Part shown: positions 47,108 to 55,266 of the stretch, piece by piece | How positions within the stretch are numbered: the stretch's first letter is position 1 | How the letters are laid out: each line of letters opens with the position of its first letter | Source of the DNA: Alphaproteobacteria bacterium | GTDB taxonomy: Bacteria; Pseudomonadota; Alphaproteobacteria; JACAEB01 | DNA length: 64,000 nucleotides | Assembly: GCA_024236075.1 (NCBI GenBank) | Contig: JACKLE010000001.1 | Span: 130,440 to 194,439, forward strand | Direction: 5' to 3' | Position numbers and translations under genes: made by a program | Notes under the pieces: model-generated | Told to the model about the DNA's origin: nothing | Seen by the model: the letters and a program-made list of their open reading frames with translations, nothing else | The model's database searches: none

Positions 47108-49045
47108 TCAGGGCGTGTACCAGACAGGCGAGGACCAGGCGCGTTCGCGAATGAGCGGGGGCACCCAATCCGCGCTCGGCGGCTCGCGACCGTCCGCGAG
47201 CGCCTGGGCCGTCGACCAGCGGCAAGTCGGGTTCTCGAGCACGCGCGCATAGTAGAAGGCGCGCTTGGCCGCATCGAACTCGGGATCGCGCCAGAGCATG
47301 GTCATGGCATCCGCGCCCTTGTCAGCCGAATAGGCGCAGGTTGCCATGTCGACGGCCGCGCCATTGTCCGGACACTGATGGGTCTCGGGATCGGGGGAAA
47401 GGCCGTCGGAGCACGCGATATCGAATACCTGCTCTCTCATGTCCTCGCCGTCGAGCCAGCCCTTGACGATCTGAATCTTGGCGAGAGGCGCGCTCATCGG
47501 ATCGCGCGTCGCCTCCACGAGGAGAGCCGGCGCGCCGTCCCCGCGAGGGAGGTCGGAGCCCATAGCCACGCCCTGCGCATAGGCCTTCGCGATGCGGTCA
47601 GGGTCGGCATCGAGGCCGTCTGGGAAGCCGAAGCTCGCGAACACGCGCACCGCCATGCGCCCTCCGGAGGTCGCGAAGGTCTCGCGGCGCTTCATGGCGG
47701 CGAAGATCGCCTCGCGCGTGTTCTCCTCCGCCCACACCGCGGCGAGCCCGCCGGGGTTGAAGCGCAGGAAGCCGCTCTGGCCGAGCGGCACGGGCGTGAG
47801 GCGCGTCTCGAGGCTCGCGTCGCGGCGGCCGTGGCCGCCGGGAAAAGTTGCCTCTTCCGTCGCGCCGGGGGTGGCGTTGTGCGTGTCCGTCGAGCCGATG
47901 AAGCCGTATTTGAAGGGATTGACGCCGCGTTCGGCCTCGGTCTTGAGGCCGAGCTTGAGGCCGTCGCGGGCGGTGGAGCCGAAGCGCTGGCAACCGCGCT
48001 TGTCGCCCTCGGCGCACACCGGAAAGACCTGCTCGAAGCCGCATTCCTCGTCGGAGGTCAGAACTCCGACCGTGCATTCCGACGCGCCCTTGATCTGGAA
48101 CATCTCGGCAATGCGCTCGATGCGGGCGCGCCGCGCGAGATCTTCATCCGTATACGGTGTGCCGTCCCGGCGCTCCAGGCTGAAGGCGTAGCCCCAGGAG
48201 ATGTTCTGGTTGTGCGGGATCGCGATGACGTCGCAGGCGCCCGTGCAGGCTTCCTCGAGCCAGCGCCAGAGCTCGGAATCGAAGACGAGGTCGTAGGTGC
48301 TCTTCGGCTCGTCGGGGACGTGCGTGTTCGCGAAGATGACGTTGCGGTGCAGATGGCCTCCGCTCGGGGCGGGCTGCGTGAACTCGTAGCCGATGAAGGT
48401 CGTGAACTTGCCGGGCTCGTAGAACTTCGCCGCATTGGTCCGGGTCATGTCCCAGACCATGGCCCGTAGGTCGTTGCAGCGCTTCATGCCCTCCTCGCCC
48501 TCGCAGAAGCCGGCGGCGCGCTCGGGCGGAATGGCGCTGTAGCCAGCGCCGAGCTTGCCGCCGTTGAGGCGGCCCCAGTCCTGATCGCGCAGCGCGAGGC
48601 ATGTGTCGGTGTCGTAGACGCCGCTGTTTTCATCCGTACACAGATCCGGCACGCCCCACCACTCTATGTGGTCGGTGACGCCGGCGAAATCGAGCGGCCT
48701 GTCGAGCTTGACCTTGCGGTCGCCCCAGATTGCGACCTCCTCGCCATGGGCGAAGCGATAGGCATCCTCCTGCGTGACGCGATTGCCGAAAGTGTAGCTG
48801 TCGAACGAGGCGGCCGAATGGACGTGGAGATCGCCGTAGAGCGGCACGCGGTCGGCCGCGGTCTTGGACGGCAGGGCCGTTTCCGCGGGAGGCGTGGGAT
48901 CGGCGGCGGGCTCGGGAGCGGGAGGGGCCTCGGCCTCCGTCGCCGGAGGAGAAGCCGTCTCCGCGTCCTTGCGCTCGTCGCAGGCCGCGAGCAGCGTGGC
49001 GACCGAGAGCGCGCCGATGAGCGTCCGCAATGTCCGGCGTGTCAT
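47108..49045 (-). CDS. DUF3604 family exported PHP-like metallo-phosphoesterase, paralog 1 (lipoprotein)
   Basis: MTRRTLRTLIGALSVATLLAAC lipobox. ..YGDLHVHSAASFD.., ..VTDHIEWWG.., ..IPHNQN.., ..IGSTDTHNATPG.., C-terminal ..RAWSSPVWYTP. SD AGGGAG lies before ATG 49045. Confidence 0.8.
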   Translation of the reverse strand: MTRRTLRTLIGALSVATLLAACDERKDAETASPPATEAEAPPAPEPAADPTPPAETALPSKTAADRVPLYGDLHVHSAASFDSYTFGNRVTQEDAYRFAHGEEVAIWGDRKVKLDRPLDFAGVTDHIEWWGVPDLCTDENSGVYDTDTCLALRDQDWGRLNGGKLGAGYSAIPPERAAGFCEGEEGMKRCNDLRAMVWDMTRTNAAKFYEPGKFTTFIGYEFTQPAPSGGHLHRNVIFANTHVPDEPKSTYDLVFDSELWRWLEEACTGACDVIAIPHNQNISWGYAFSLERRDGTPYTDEDLARRARIERIAEMFQIKGASECTVGVLTSDEECGFEQVFPVCAEGDKRGCQRFGSTARDGLKLGLKTEAERGVNPFKYGFIGSTDTHNATPGATEEATFPGGHGRRDASLETRLTPVPLGQSGFLRFNPGGLAAVWAEENTREAIFAAMKRRETFATSGGRMAVRVFASFGFPDGLDADPDRIAKAYAQGVAMGSDLPRGDGAPALLVEATRDPMSAPLAKIQIVKGWLDGEDMREQVFDIACSDGLSPDPETHQCPDNGAAVDMATCAYSADKGADAMTMLWRDPEFDAAKRAFYYARVLENPTCRWSTAQALADGREPPSADWVPPLIRERAWSSPVWYTP

Positions 49046-49129
49046 GGGTCGGGGCTCCCTTCGCGAAATTGTCATACGAGCTAACGAATGGGGTCGCATT
49101 TCCCTGCGCGAAGCCGGCGGGGCGCGTGC

Positions 49130-51022
49130 CTACGATCTCGGCCCGTACCAGATGGGCGAGGACCAGGCGCGCTCGCGGATCGTGGGCGCGACCCAGTCCG
49201 AGCTCGGCGGCTTCCGGCCGTCCTCGATCGCCTGAACGCTCGACCAGCGGCAGGTCGGATCCTCGAGGACGCGGGCATAATAGAAGGCCGGCTGCGCGGC
49301 GTCGAAATGAGGATCGCGCCAAAGGGCCGAGAGCGCGTCGGCGCCCGCCTCGCCGGTCCGCGAGCAGGTCGACAGGTCCACGCCGGCACCATTGTCCGGA
49401 CACTGATGGGTCCGGGCGTCCGGCTCGCGGCCGCCGGAGCACGCGACGTCGTAGACCGCTTCCCACATCTTGTCGCCGTCGAGCCATCCCTTGACGATCT
49501 GGAGCTTGGCTAGCGGCGCGCCGAGCGGGTCGCGAGCGGCTTCGACGAAGAGGGCGGGCGTAGCGCCGTCCGGGCCGCGCGGCAGATCCTGGCCCATCGC
49601 GGTGCCTTGGCTATAGGCGCGCGAGGCGCGGTCGGGCGCGGCGAGCAGGTCGTCTGCGAAGCCGAAGCCCGCGAACATGCGAATGGCGATGCGTCCGCCC
49701 GAAGTGCCGAAAGTCTCCCGCCGCCGCATGGCCGCGAAGATCGCCTCGCGTGAGTTCTCTTCGGCCCACACGCCGGCGAGCCCTCCGGGGTTGCGGCTGA
49801 GCGCGCCGCTTCTCGTCCCGCGCGGCGAGGGCACGAGGCGCTTGGCGGCGGCATCGTCGCTCGTGCCGTGCGCCCCGCGGTAGGAACGCTCCTCCGTATC
49901 GCCCGGATTCGAATTGTGCGTGTCGCTCGATCCGATGAAGCCGAACTTGAACGGGTTGATGCCGCGCTCCTGCTCCGTCTGAAGACCGAGCTTCAGCGCG
50001 TCGCGCACCGTCGATCCGAAGCGCTGGCAGGCGTTCTTCTGACCTTCCTCGCAGGCGGGATAGATCTGCTCGAACGCGCAGGCCTCGTCGGTCGTGCCTA
50101 TGCCGAGCGTGCACTCGGACGAGCCCTTGATCTGGAACATCTCGGCGAGAGGCTCGACCGCCGCGCGTCTCGTCAGATCTTCGTCCGTGTAAGGTGTTCC
50201 GTCCCGGCGCTCCAGACGGAAGGCAAAGCCCCAGGAGAGGTTTTGGTTGTGCGGAATCGAAATGGCGTCGCATCTCCCGGTGCAGGCTTCCTGAAGCCAG
50301 CGCCACAGCTCGGAATCGAAGACGAGGTCGTAGGTGCTCATCGGCGTTTGCGGAACGTCGTCGTTGGCGAAGACGACGTTGCGGTGCAGCGACCCGCTGG
50401 CGGGACCGGGCTGGGTGAACTCGTAGGCGACGAATGTCGTGAACTTGCCGGGCTCGTAGAACTTCGCGGCGTTCGCCCGGGTCATCGCCCAGACCTTGGC
50501 CTTGAGCTCGTCGCACCGCCGCTTGCCTACCTCGCCCTGGCAGAAACCGTCGGCGCGCTGTGGAGGAATTGACTGGATGCCCGCGACGCCGTCGCGCATT
50601 CCGGCCCAGCTCCGGCCGCGCGCGGCGGTGCAGGCCTGCGTCGCGTAGGCGTCGCTCGCCTTATCCGTACACAGATCCGGATAGCCCCACCACTCGATGT
50701 GATCGGTGATGCCGGCGAAGTCGAGCGGGCGGGCGAGCCGCGCCTTGCGTCCGCCGTAGAGCGTGACCTCCTCGCCCCGCGCGAAGCGGTAGGCCTCTTC
50801 CTGCGTCGCTCGGTTTCCGAGCGCGAAGCTGTCGTAGGAGGCCGCCGTGTGGACATGGAGATCGCCGTAGAGCGGCCGGCGGAGGGCAGGGCCGCCTTGC
50901 GGCGGCGCGGCGCCAGCGGCCGCCATCTCTCGGTCTTCCTCGGCCACGGCCGGCGGCGAGCCCGCGAAACATGCTGCGAGCGCGAGAAGAATCGCGACCG
51001 AATGGGACGACCGGAGGTTCAT
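49130..51022 (-). CDS. DUF3604 family exported PHP-like metallo-phosphoesterase, paralog 2
   Basis: MNLRSSHSVAILLALAAC.. signal/lipobox. ..YGDLHVHTAASYD.., ..ITDHIEWWG.., ..IPHNQN.., ..IGSSDTHNSNPG.., ..RAWSSPIWYGP. Confidence 0.8.
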   Translation of the reverse strand: MNLRSSHSVAILLALAACFAGSPPAVAEEDREMAAAGAAPPQGGPALRRPLYGDLHVHTAASYDSFALGNRATQEEAYRFARGEEVTLYGGRKARLARPLDFAGITDHIEWWGYPDLCTDKASDAYATQACTAARGRSWAGMRDGVAGIQSIPPQRADGFCQGEVGKRRCDELKAKVWAMTRANAAKFYEPGKFTTFVAYEFTQPGPASGSLHRNVVFANDDVPQTPMSTYDLVFDSELWRWLQEACTGRCDAISIPHNQNLSWGFAFRLERRDGTPYTDEDLTRRAAVEPLAEMFQIKGSSECTLGIGTTDEACAFEQIYPACEEGQKNACQRFGSTVRDALKLGLQTEQERGINPFKFGFIGSSDTHNSNPGDTEERSYRGAHGTSDDAAAKRLVPSPRGTRSGALSRNPGGLAGVWAEENSREAIFAAMRRRETFGTSGGRIAIRMFAGFGFADDLLAAPDRASRAYSQGTAMGQDLPRGPDGATPALFVEAARDPLGAPLAKLQIVKGWLDGDKMWEAVYDVACSGGREPDARTHQCPDNGAGVDLSTCSRTGEAGADALSALWRDPHFDAAQPAFYYARVLEDPTCRWSSVQAIEDGRKPPSSDWVAPTIRERAWSSPIWYGPRS

Positions 51023-51097
51023 GACGGCTCAGCCTTTTCTTCTGGCTGATACGGAGCCGTGGGTCGGCTCCCTGCGGCCGGCCGGGCGGCGCCGTCC

Positions 51098-52957
51098 CTA
51101 GCGGTCGGGCGAGTACCAGACCGGCGAGGACCAGGCGCGCTCGCGCTGGGTCGCGGGCAGTCCCCTCGGCGGCTCGCGATTGTCGGCGTGCGCCTGTAGT
51201 GTCGACCAGCGGCAGGTCGGGTTTTCCAGCACCCTGGCATAGTAGTAGGCGCGCGCCTTGGGATCGAAATGCGGATCCGTCCAGGCCACCTGGAACGCGT
51301 CGACACCCACGCCCTCGTCGCGCGAGCAGGTGGCGAGGTCGACGCTCGCGCCATTGTCCGGGCACCGGCCAGTCTTCGCATCGGGCGCTGCGCCGCCGGC
51401 GCAGGCGATGTCGACGACCGCCTCCTGTGGAACGCCGTTCTCCAGCCAGCCCTTGACGATCTGCACCTTGAAGAGCGCCGCGCTGGCCGGGTCGCGGCTC
51501 GCCTCGACGAGGAACGTCGGCGCGCGCGAGCCCCGAGGCAGGTCGCCGCCCATGGCCGTACCGAGCGCATAGGCCATCGAAGGCCAGTTGGCCTCGGCCA
51601 GGAGATCGTTCGATAGCCGGTCGCCCGCAAAAAGGCGGATCGCGAGGCGGGGGCCCGAGGTCGCGAAAGTCTGGCGCCGCTTGAGAGCCGCGAAGATCGC
51701 GGGCCGCGTGTTCTCCTCCGCCCAGACGCCCGCGAGCCCGCCCGGATTGTAGTAGGCCGCCGCCGGCGAGCCCTTGCGATCCGGGCGGCCGGCGACCGAA
51801 AGGCGCTTTTCGACCGTGTCGTCGAGTGCCCCGCCCTGACCTTCATAGGCCCATTCGTCCGTGCTCCCGGGTGCCGCGTTGTGGTTGTCCGTCGAGCCGA
51901 TGAAGCCGAGCTTGAAGGGATTGAGCCCATTTTCCGCTTCCGCCTCGAGGCCGCGGGCAAGCCCGCCGCGGATCGTTGAGCCTTGGCCTTCGCAGAGGTT
52001 CGTCTCGCTGCCCTCGCAGACGGGCCAGAGCTGGTTGAAGGCGCATTCCTCGTCGGGCGCGCCGAGGCCCACCGCGCATTCCGAGGCGCCCTTGATCTGA
52101 AAGATCTCCGCGACGGTCTCGTAGCGGGCGCGACGGCTCAGATCCTTGTCCGTATACGGCTTTCCGTCGCGCTTCTCGAGACGGAACGCGAGCCCCCAGG
52201 AGTAGTTCATGTTGTGCGGGATGGCGACGACGTCGCAACTACCGGTGCATGCATCGTCGAGCCACGCCCAAAGGCCGTCCTCCATAGCCACGTCGAAGGC
52301 CGACATCGCATGATCCGGAACGTCCGCATTGGCGAAGATGACGTTGCGATGCATCATCCCGCCATTCGTGAGCGCGGGCGAATATTCGTAGCCGATGAAG
52401 GTCGTGAGGCGCCCCGGTTCGTTGAAGCGGTCCGCGACGTCGCGCATGAGGGACCACGTCACCTTCGCGGCCTCGCGGCACTCCTCGCCCGTGCAGGTCG
52501 GCGCGAGCCGGCGTGCCGGCCATGCCGCGACGCCGCCCCACGCAAGGCCGAAGACGCTGCCGTCGCCGGCGCGCACGCGCCTGCACATGTCGGTCGTGTA
52601 GCCCGGCCAGCGTTCGTCGTGGCAGATCTGAAATTCTGCAAAGCTCTCGGAATGGTCCGTGACGGCAACAAAATCGAGCGGCCGCGCGAGACGGATCTTG
52701 CGCCCGCCGAAAATCTCGATCTCCTCTCCGCGCGCGAAGCGGTACGCGTCCTCCGGCGTGTTTGCGCGATCGCCGACGATGAACGCGTCCATCGACACAT
52801 GCGTGTGGACATGGAGCTCGCCGAAATAGGGATGGCTAGAGGAACTGCCGCCGGCTGCGTCCTCGGGCGAGGCGGCCTCGGCCAAACTGCAAACGAGGGC
52901 GAACGCCGAAGCGATGGCGATGCCGTAGGCACCTATAGTCGAGTGTCCCTGATTCAT
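51098..52957 (-). CDS. DUF3604 family exported PHP-like metallo-phosphoesterase, paralog 3 (more divergent)
   Basis: Start at MNQGHSTIGAYGIAIASAFALVCSLAEA (52957). ..FGELHVHTHVSMD.., ..VTDHSESF.., ..IPHNMN.., ..IGSTDNHNAAPG.., ..RAWSSPVWYSP. The ORF-track N-terminal extension to 53233 is not supported. Confidence 0.75.
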   Translation of the reverse strand: MNQGHSTIGAYGIAIASAFALVCSLAEAASPEDAAGGSSSSHPYFGELHVHTHVSMDAFIVGDRANTPEDAYRFARGEEIEIFGGRKIRLARPLDFVAVTDHSESFAEFQICHDERWPGYTTDMCRRVRAGDGSVFGLAWGGVAAWPARRLAPTCTGEECREAAKVTWSLMRDVADRFNEPGRLTTFIGYEYSPALTNGGMMHRNVIFANADVPDHAMSAFDVAMEDGLWAWLDDACTGSCDVVAIPHNMNYSWGLAFRLEKRDGKPYTDKDLSRRARYETVAEIFQIKGASECAVGLGAPDEECAFNQLWPVCEGSETNLCEGQGSTIRGGLARGLEAEAENGLNPFKLGFIGSTDNHNAAPGSTDEWAYEGQGGALDDTVEKRLSVAGRPDRKGSPAAAYYNPGGLAGVWAEENTRPAIFAALKRRQTFATSGPRLAIRLFAGDRLSNDLLAEANWPSMAYALGTAMGGDLPRGSRAPTFLVEASRDPASAALFKVQIVKGWLENGVPQEAVVDIACAGGAAPDAKTGRCPDNGASVDLATCSRDEGVGVDAFQVAWTDPHFDPKARAYYYARVLENPTCRWSTLQAHADNREPPRGLPATQRERAWSSPVWYSPDR

Positions 52958-53550
52958 GGGCTCTGCCTGCCGACCGCGATCGGCTCCTCCCCGCGATATG
53001 GGCGCCGAGAGCTTCGGCGCGAACTCCTGCAACCGCGCGGCCTGTCCGCACGGAGCCAGTGGGAATTCCGATGACATTCCGTTCCGGGACAAATACCGGA
53101 ATGCGCGGCTCAGCTTCCCGCCTCGACGGCCCTTCGACGGCGCTCCAGCGCGTGCCGCGACGGCTATCTGACACTCGGAGAGTTTGGAGCACAAGGCGTC
53201 AACATTGCGCAAATGCGTTTTCCGTTGCCGCAATCAGACCCGCTTGCGGGGCAGTACATCGCGGCCTGGAAAGGTCATCTCGTCCGTACAAAATTTCAAC
53301 TACTCCGTTTGTGTGCTACTTATATACAGATATAAGAAAGTATGATCCGTCTGTTTTGCGAGACAAATAGAACCAAATTGAGATCTTGAGGTTTGTTTGC
53401 GCAACGGAAGTCGGCATCGATATTTGAGATCTCTGCGCGAATTTGTTATAGGGCATCAACATCTGCTTCCAGTTGGTTCGGCCTGGTCCGGGGCCGGGCG
53501 CTCATGGCGCCTGCGCTCGATGGCGTGGTCCGGGCCGGTTCAATCGAAGG

Positions 53551-54408
53551 ATGCCCAGAGTGTCGGAACGATCTCATATCGGCCGAGTTGCGCCGTCACA
53601 CGCCCCTGTGCTCGACGAATTCGATCAGCGCTTCGGGCGCGATCCCACGGCGGTGCGCGAGACCGATCACTACCGAGCGGAATATGTCCGCGGCTTCGTC
53701 GAGAAATGGGACGAGCTCATCGACTGGGATGCCAGGGAAGTGAGCGAGGGGCGCTTTTTCATCGACGTCCTCAAGGCGCGCGGCAAGAAATCGGTGCTGG
53801 ACGTCGCAACGGGAACGGGGTTCCACTCCGTTCAGCTCGCGCTGGCGGGCTTCAATGTGGTGAGCGCGGACGGCTCGGCCGAGATGCTCGCCAAGGCGTT
53901 CGAGAACGCGCGCCGTCGCGACCTCATCCTCAAGACCGTGCACGTCGACTGGCGCTGGCTCAATCGCGACATTCACGGCAAGTACGACGCGATCATCTGC
54001 CTGGGGAACTCCTTCACTCATCTCTTCCTCGAGACGGATCGCCGCCGCGCGCTCGCCGAGTTCTATGCGGCCCTGAAGCACGACGGGCTCCTCATCCTGG
54101 ATCAGCGCAACTACGACGCCATCCTCGACGACGGCTTCTCGTCCAAGCACAAATACTACTATTGCGGGGACCAGGTGACGGCCGAGCCCGAGCATGTCGA
54201 CGAGAGCCTCGCGCGCTTCCGCTACGCCTTCCCGGACGGCTCGACCTACCATCTCAACATGTTCCCGTTGCGCAAGGCGTATGTCCGAAAGCTGATGAAG
54301 GAGGTCGGCTTCCAGCGCGTCCAGACCTATGGCGACTTCCAGGAGAGCTACGAGGGCGAGCGCCCCGACTTCTTCATCCATGTGGCGGAGAAGAGCTTCC
54401 ATGAGTAG
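53551..54408 (+). CDS. Glycine/sarcosine N-methyltransferase (GSMT)
   Basis: Long blocks match GSMT of halophilic cyanobacteria as I recall it: ..RETDHYRAEYVRGFVEKWDELIDW..VLDVATGTGFHS..VSADGS.EMLAKAFEN..DWRWLNRDIHG.YDAIICLGNSFTHLF..LNMFPLRK.Y...M.EVGFQ..YGDF...Y....PDFFIHVAEK. The start (ATG 53551 vs TTG 53473) is uncertain. Confidence 0.85.
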   Translation: MPRVSERSHIGRVAPSHAPVLDEFDQRFGRDPTAVRETDHYRAEYVRGFVEKWDELIDWDAREVSEGRFFIDVLKARGKKSVLDVATGTGFHSVQLALAGFNVVSADGSAEMLAKAFENARRRDLILKTVHVDWRWLNRDIHGKYDAIICLGNSFTHLFLETDRRRALAEFYAALKHDGLLILDQRNYDAILDDGFSSKHKYYYCGDQVTAEPEHVDESLARFRYAFPDGSTYHLNMFPLRKAYVRKLMKEVGFQRVQTYGDFQESYEGERPDFFIHVAEKSFHE

Positions 54409-55252
54409 GTCCGCCGGCGCGGCGCGCGCGGTCGCCGAAAGCTACTACGACAGCCCGGATGCCGACGGCTTCTACCGGATCGTCTGGGGCGGCGAGGACA
54501 TCCATATCGGCCTCTACCAGCGCGAGGACGAGGACATTGCGACCGCGAGCCGGCGGACCGTGGAGCGCATGGCGCTGTTGCTCGACGAGAGCCCGCATGG
54601 GCTCGGACCCCAAACCAGGGTTCTCGACATCGGCGCCGGCTATGGCGGGGCGGCGCGCCACCTCGCGGCGACCCGGCGCGCGCACGTCAAATGCCTCAAC
54701 CTTTCGCGCGTGGAGAACGAGCGGAACGCAGCGCTGACCGAGGAGGCAGGGCTCTCGGACCGCATTGCCGTCAGGCACGGCAGCTTCGAGGACATCCCGG
54801 CAGAAGCCGCGAGCTTCGACGTCGTCTGGTCGCAAGACGCCATTCTTCATGCCGGCGACCGTGCGCGCGTCCTTGCCGAGGTCGCGCGGGTCCTGAAGCC
54901 GGGCGGCAGCTTCGTCTTCACCGATCCCATGCAGGCGGACGGCCTCGACGACCCATCCGCGCTCGAGCCCATCTATGCGCGGCTCCAGCTTCAGAGCCTC
55001 GCCTCCATCGGCTTCTATCGCGAGGGCCTTGCCCGCCTGGGCTTCGAAGAGGCGCTCGTCCTGCCTTTGACCGGCCAGCTCGCCTGTCACTACCGCCGCG
55101 TCGGCGAGGAGCTCGCCCGCGCGCGCCCGCGCCTTCGCGGGCGTGTCAGCGAGGCCTATATCGACCGCATGCTGACGGGTCTCGCCCACTGGGTCGAGGG
55201 CGCGCGGGCCGGCCATCTCGAATGGGCGATCCTTCATTTCGTGCGCGGCTGA
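54401..55252 (+). CDS. Sarcosine/dimethylglycine N-methyltransferase (SDMT)
   Basis: ..YYDS.DADGFY..IWGGEDIHIGLY..VLDIGAGYGGAAR...CLN.S.VENERN..FDVVWSQDAILH..VLKPGG.FVFTDPMQ.. is SDMT-like. 8-nt overlap with GSMT. Confidence 0.85.
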   Translation: MSRSAGAARAVAESYYDSPDADGFYRIVWGGEDIHIGLYQREDEDIATASRRTVERMALLLDESPHGLGPQTRVLDIGAGYGGAARHLAATRRAHVKCLNLSRVENERNAALTEEAGLSDRIAVRHGSFEDIPAEAASFDVVWSQDAILHAGDRARVLAEVARVLKPGGSFVFTDPMQADGLDDPSALEPIYARLQLQSLASIGFYREGLARLGFEEALVLPLTGQLACHYRRVGEELARARPRLRGRVSEAYIDRMLTGLAHWVEGARAGHLEWAILHFVRG

Positions 55253-55266
55253 GAGGCGCAGAGCCC

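Noticed and set aside
52958-53233. N-terminal 92-aa extension of the third DUF3604 ORF in the track (start at 53233).
   Set aside because: The extension has no similarity to the other two paralogs and runs into the promoter region. The signal peptide begins at the internal ATG 52957.
53405-53550. Possible glycine, SAM or SAH riboswitch in the GSMT leader.
   Set aside because: I could not find the conserved cores (e.g. GGAGAG..ACCGAAGGGGCAA for glycine, or the SAH/SAM-II blocks). Only a local hairpin (GGCGC-TCATG-GCGCC) and direct repeats are present. A cmscan would be needed to overturn this.
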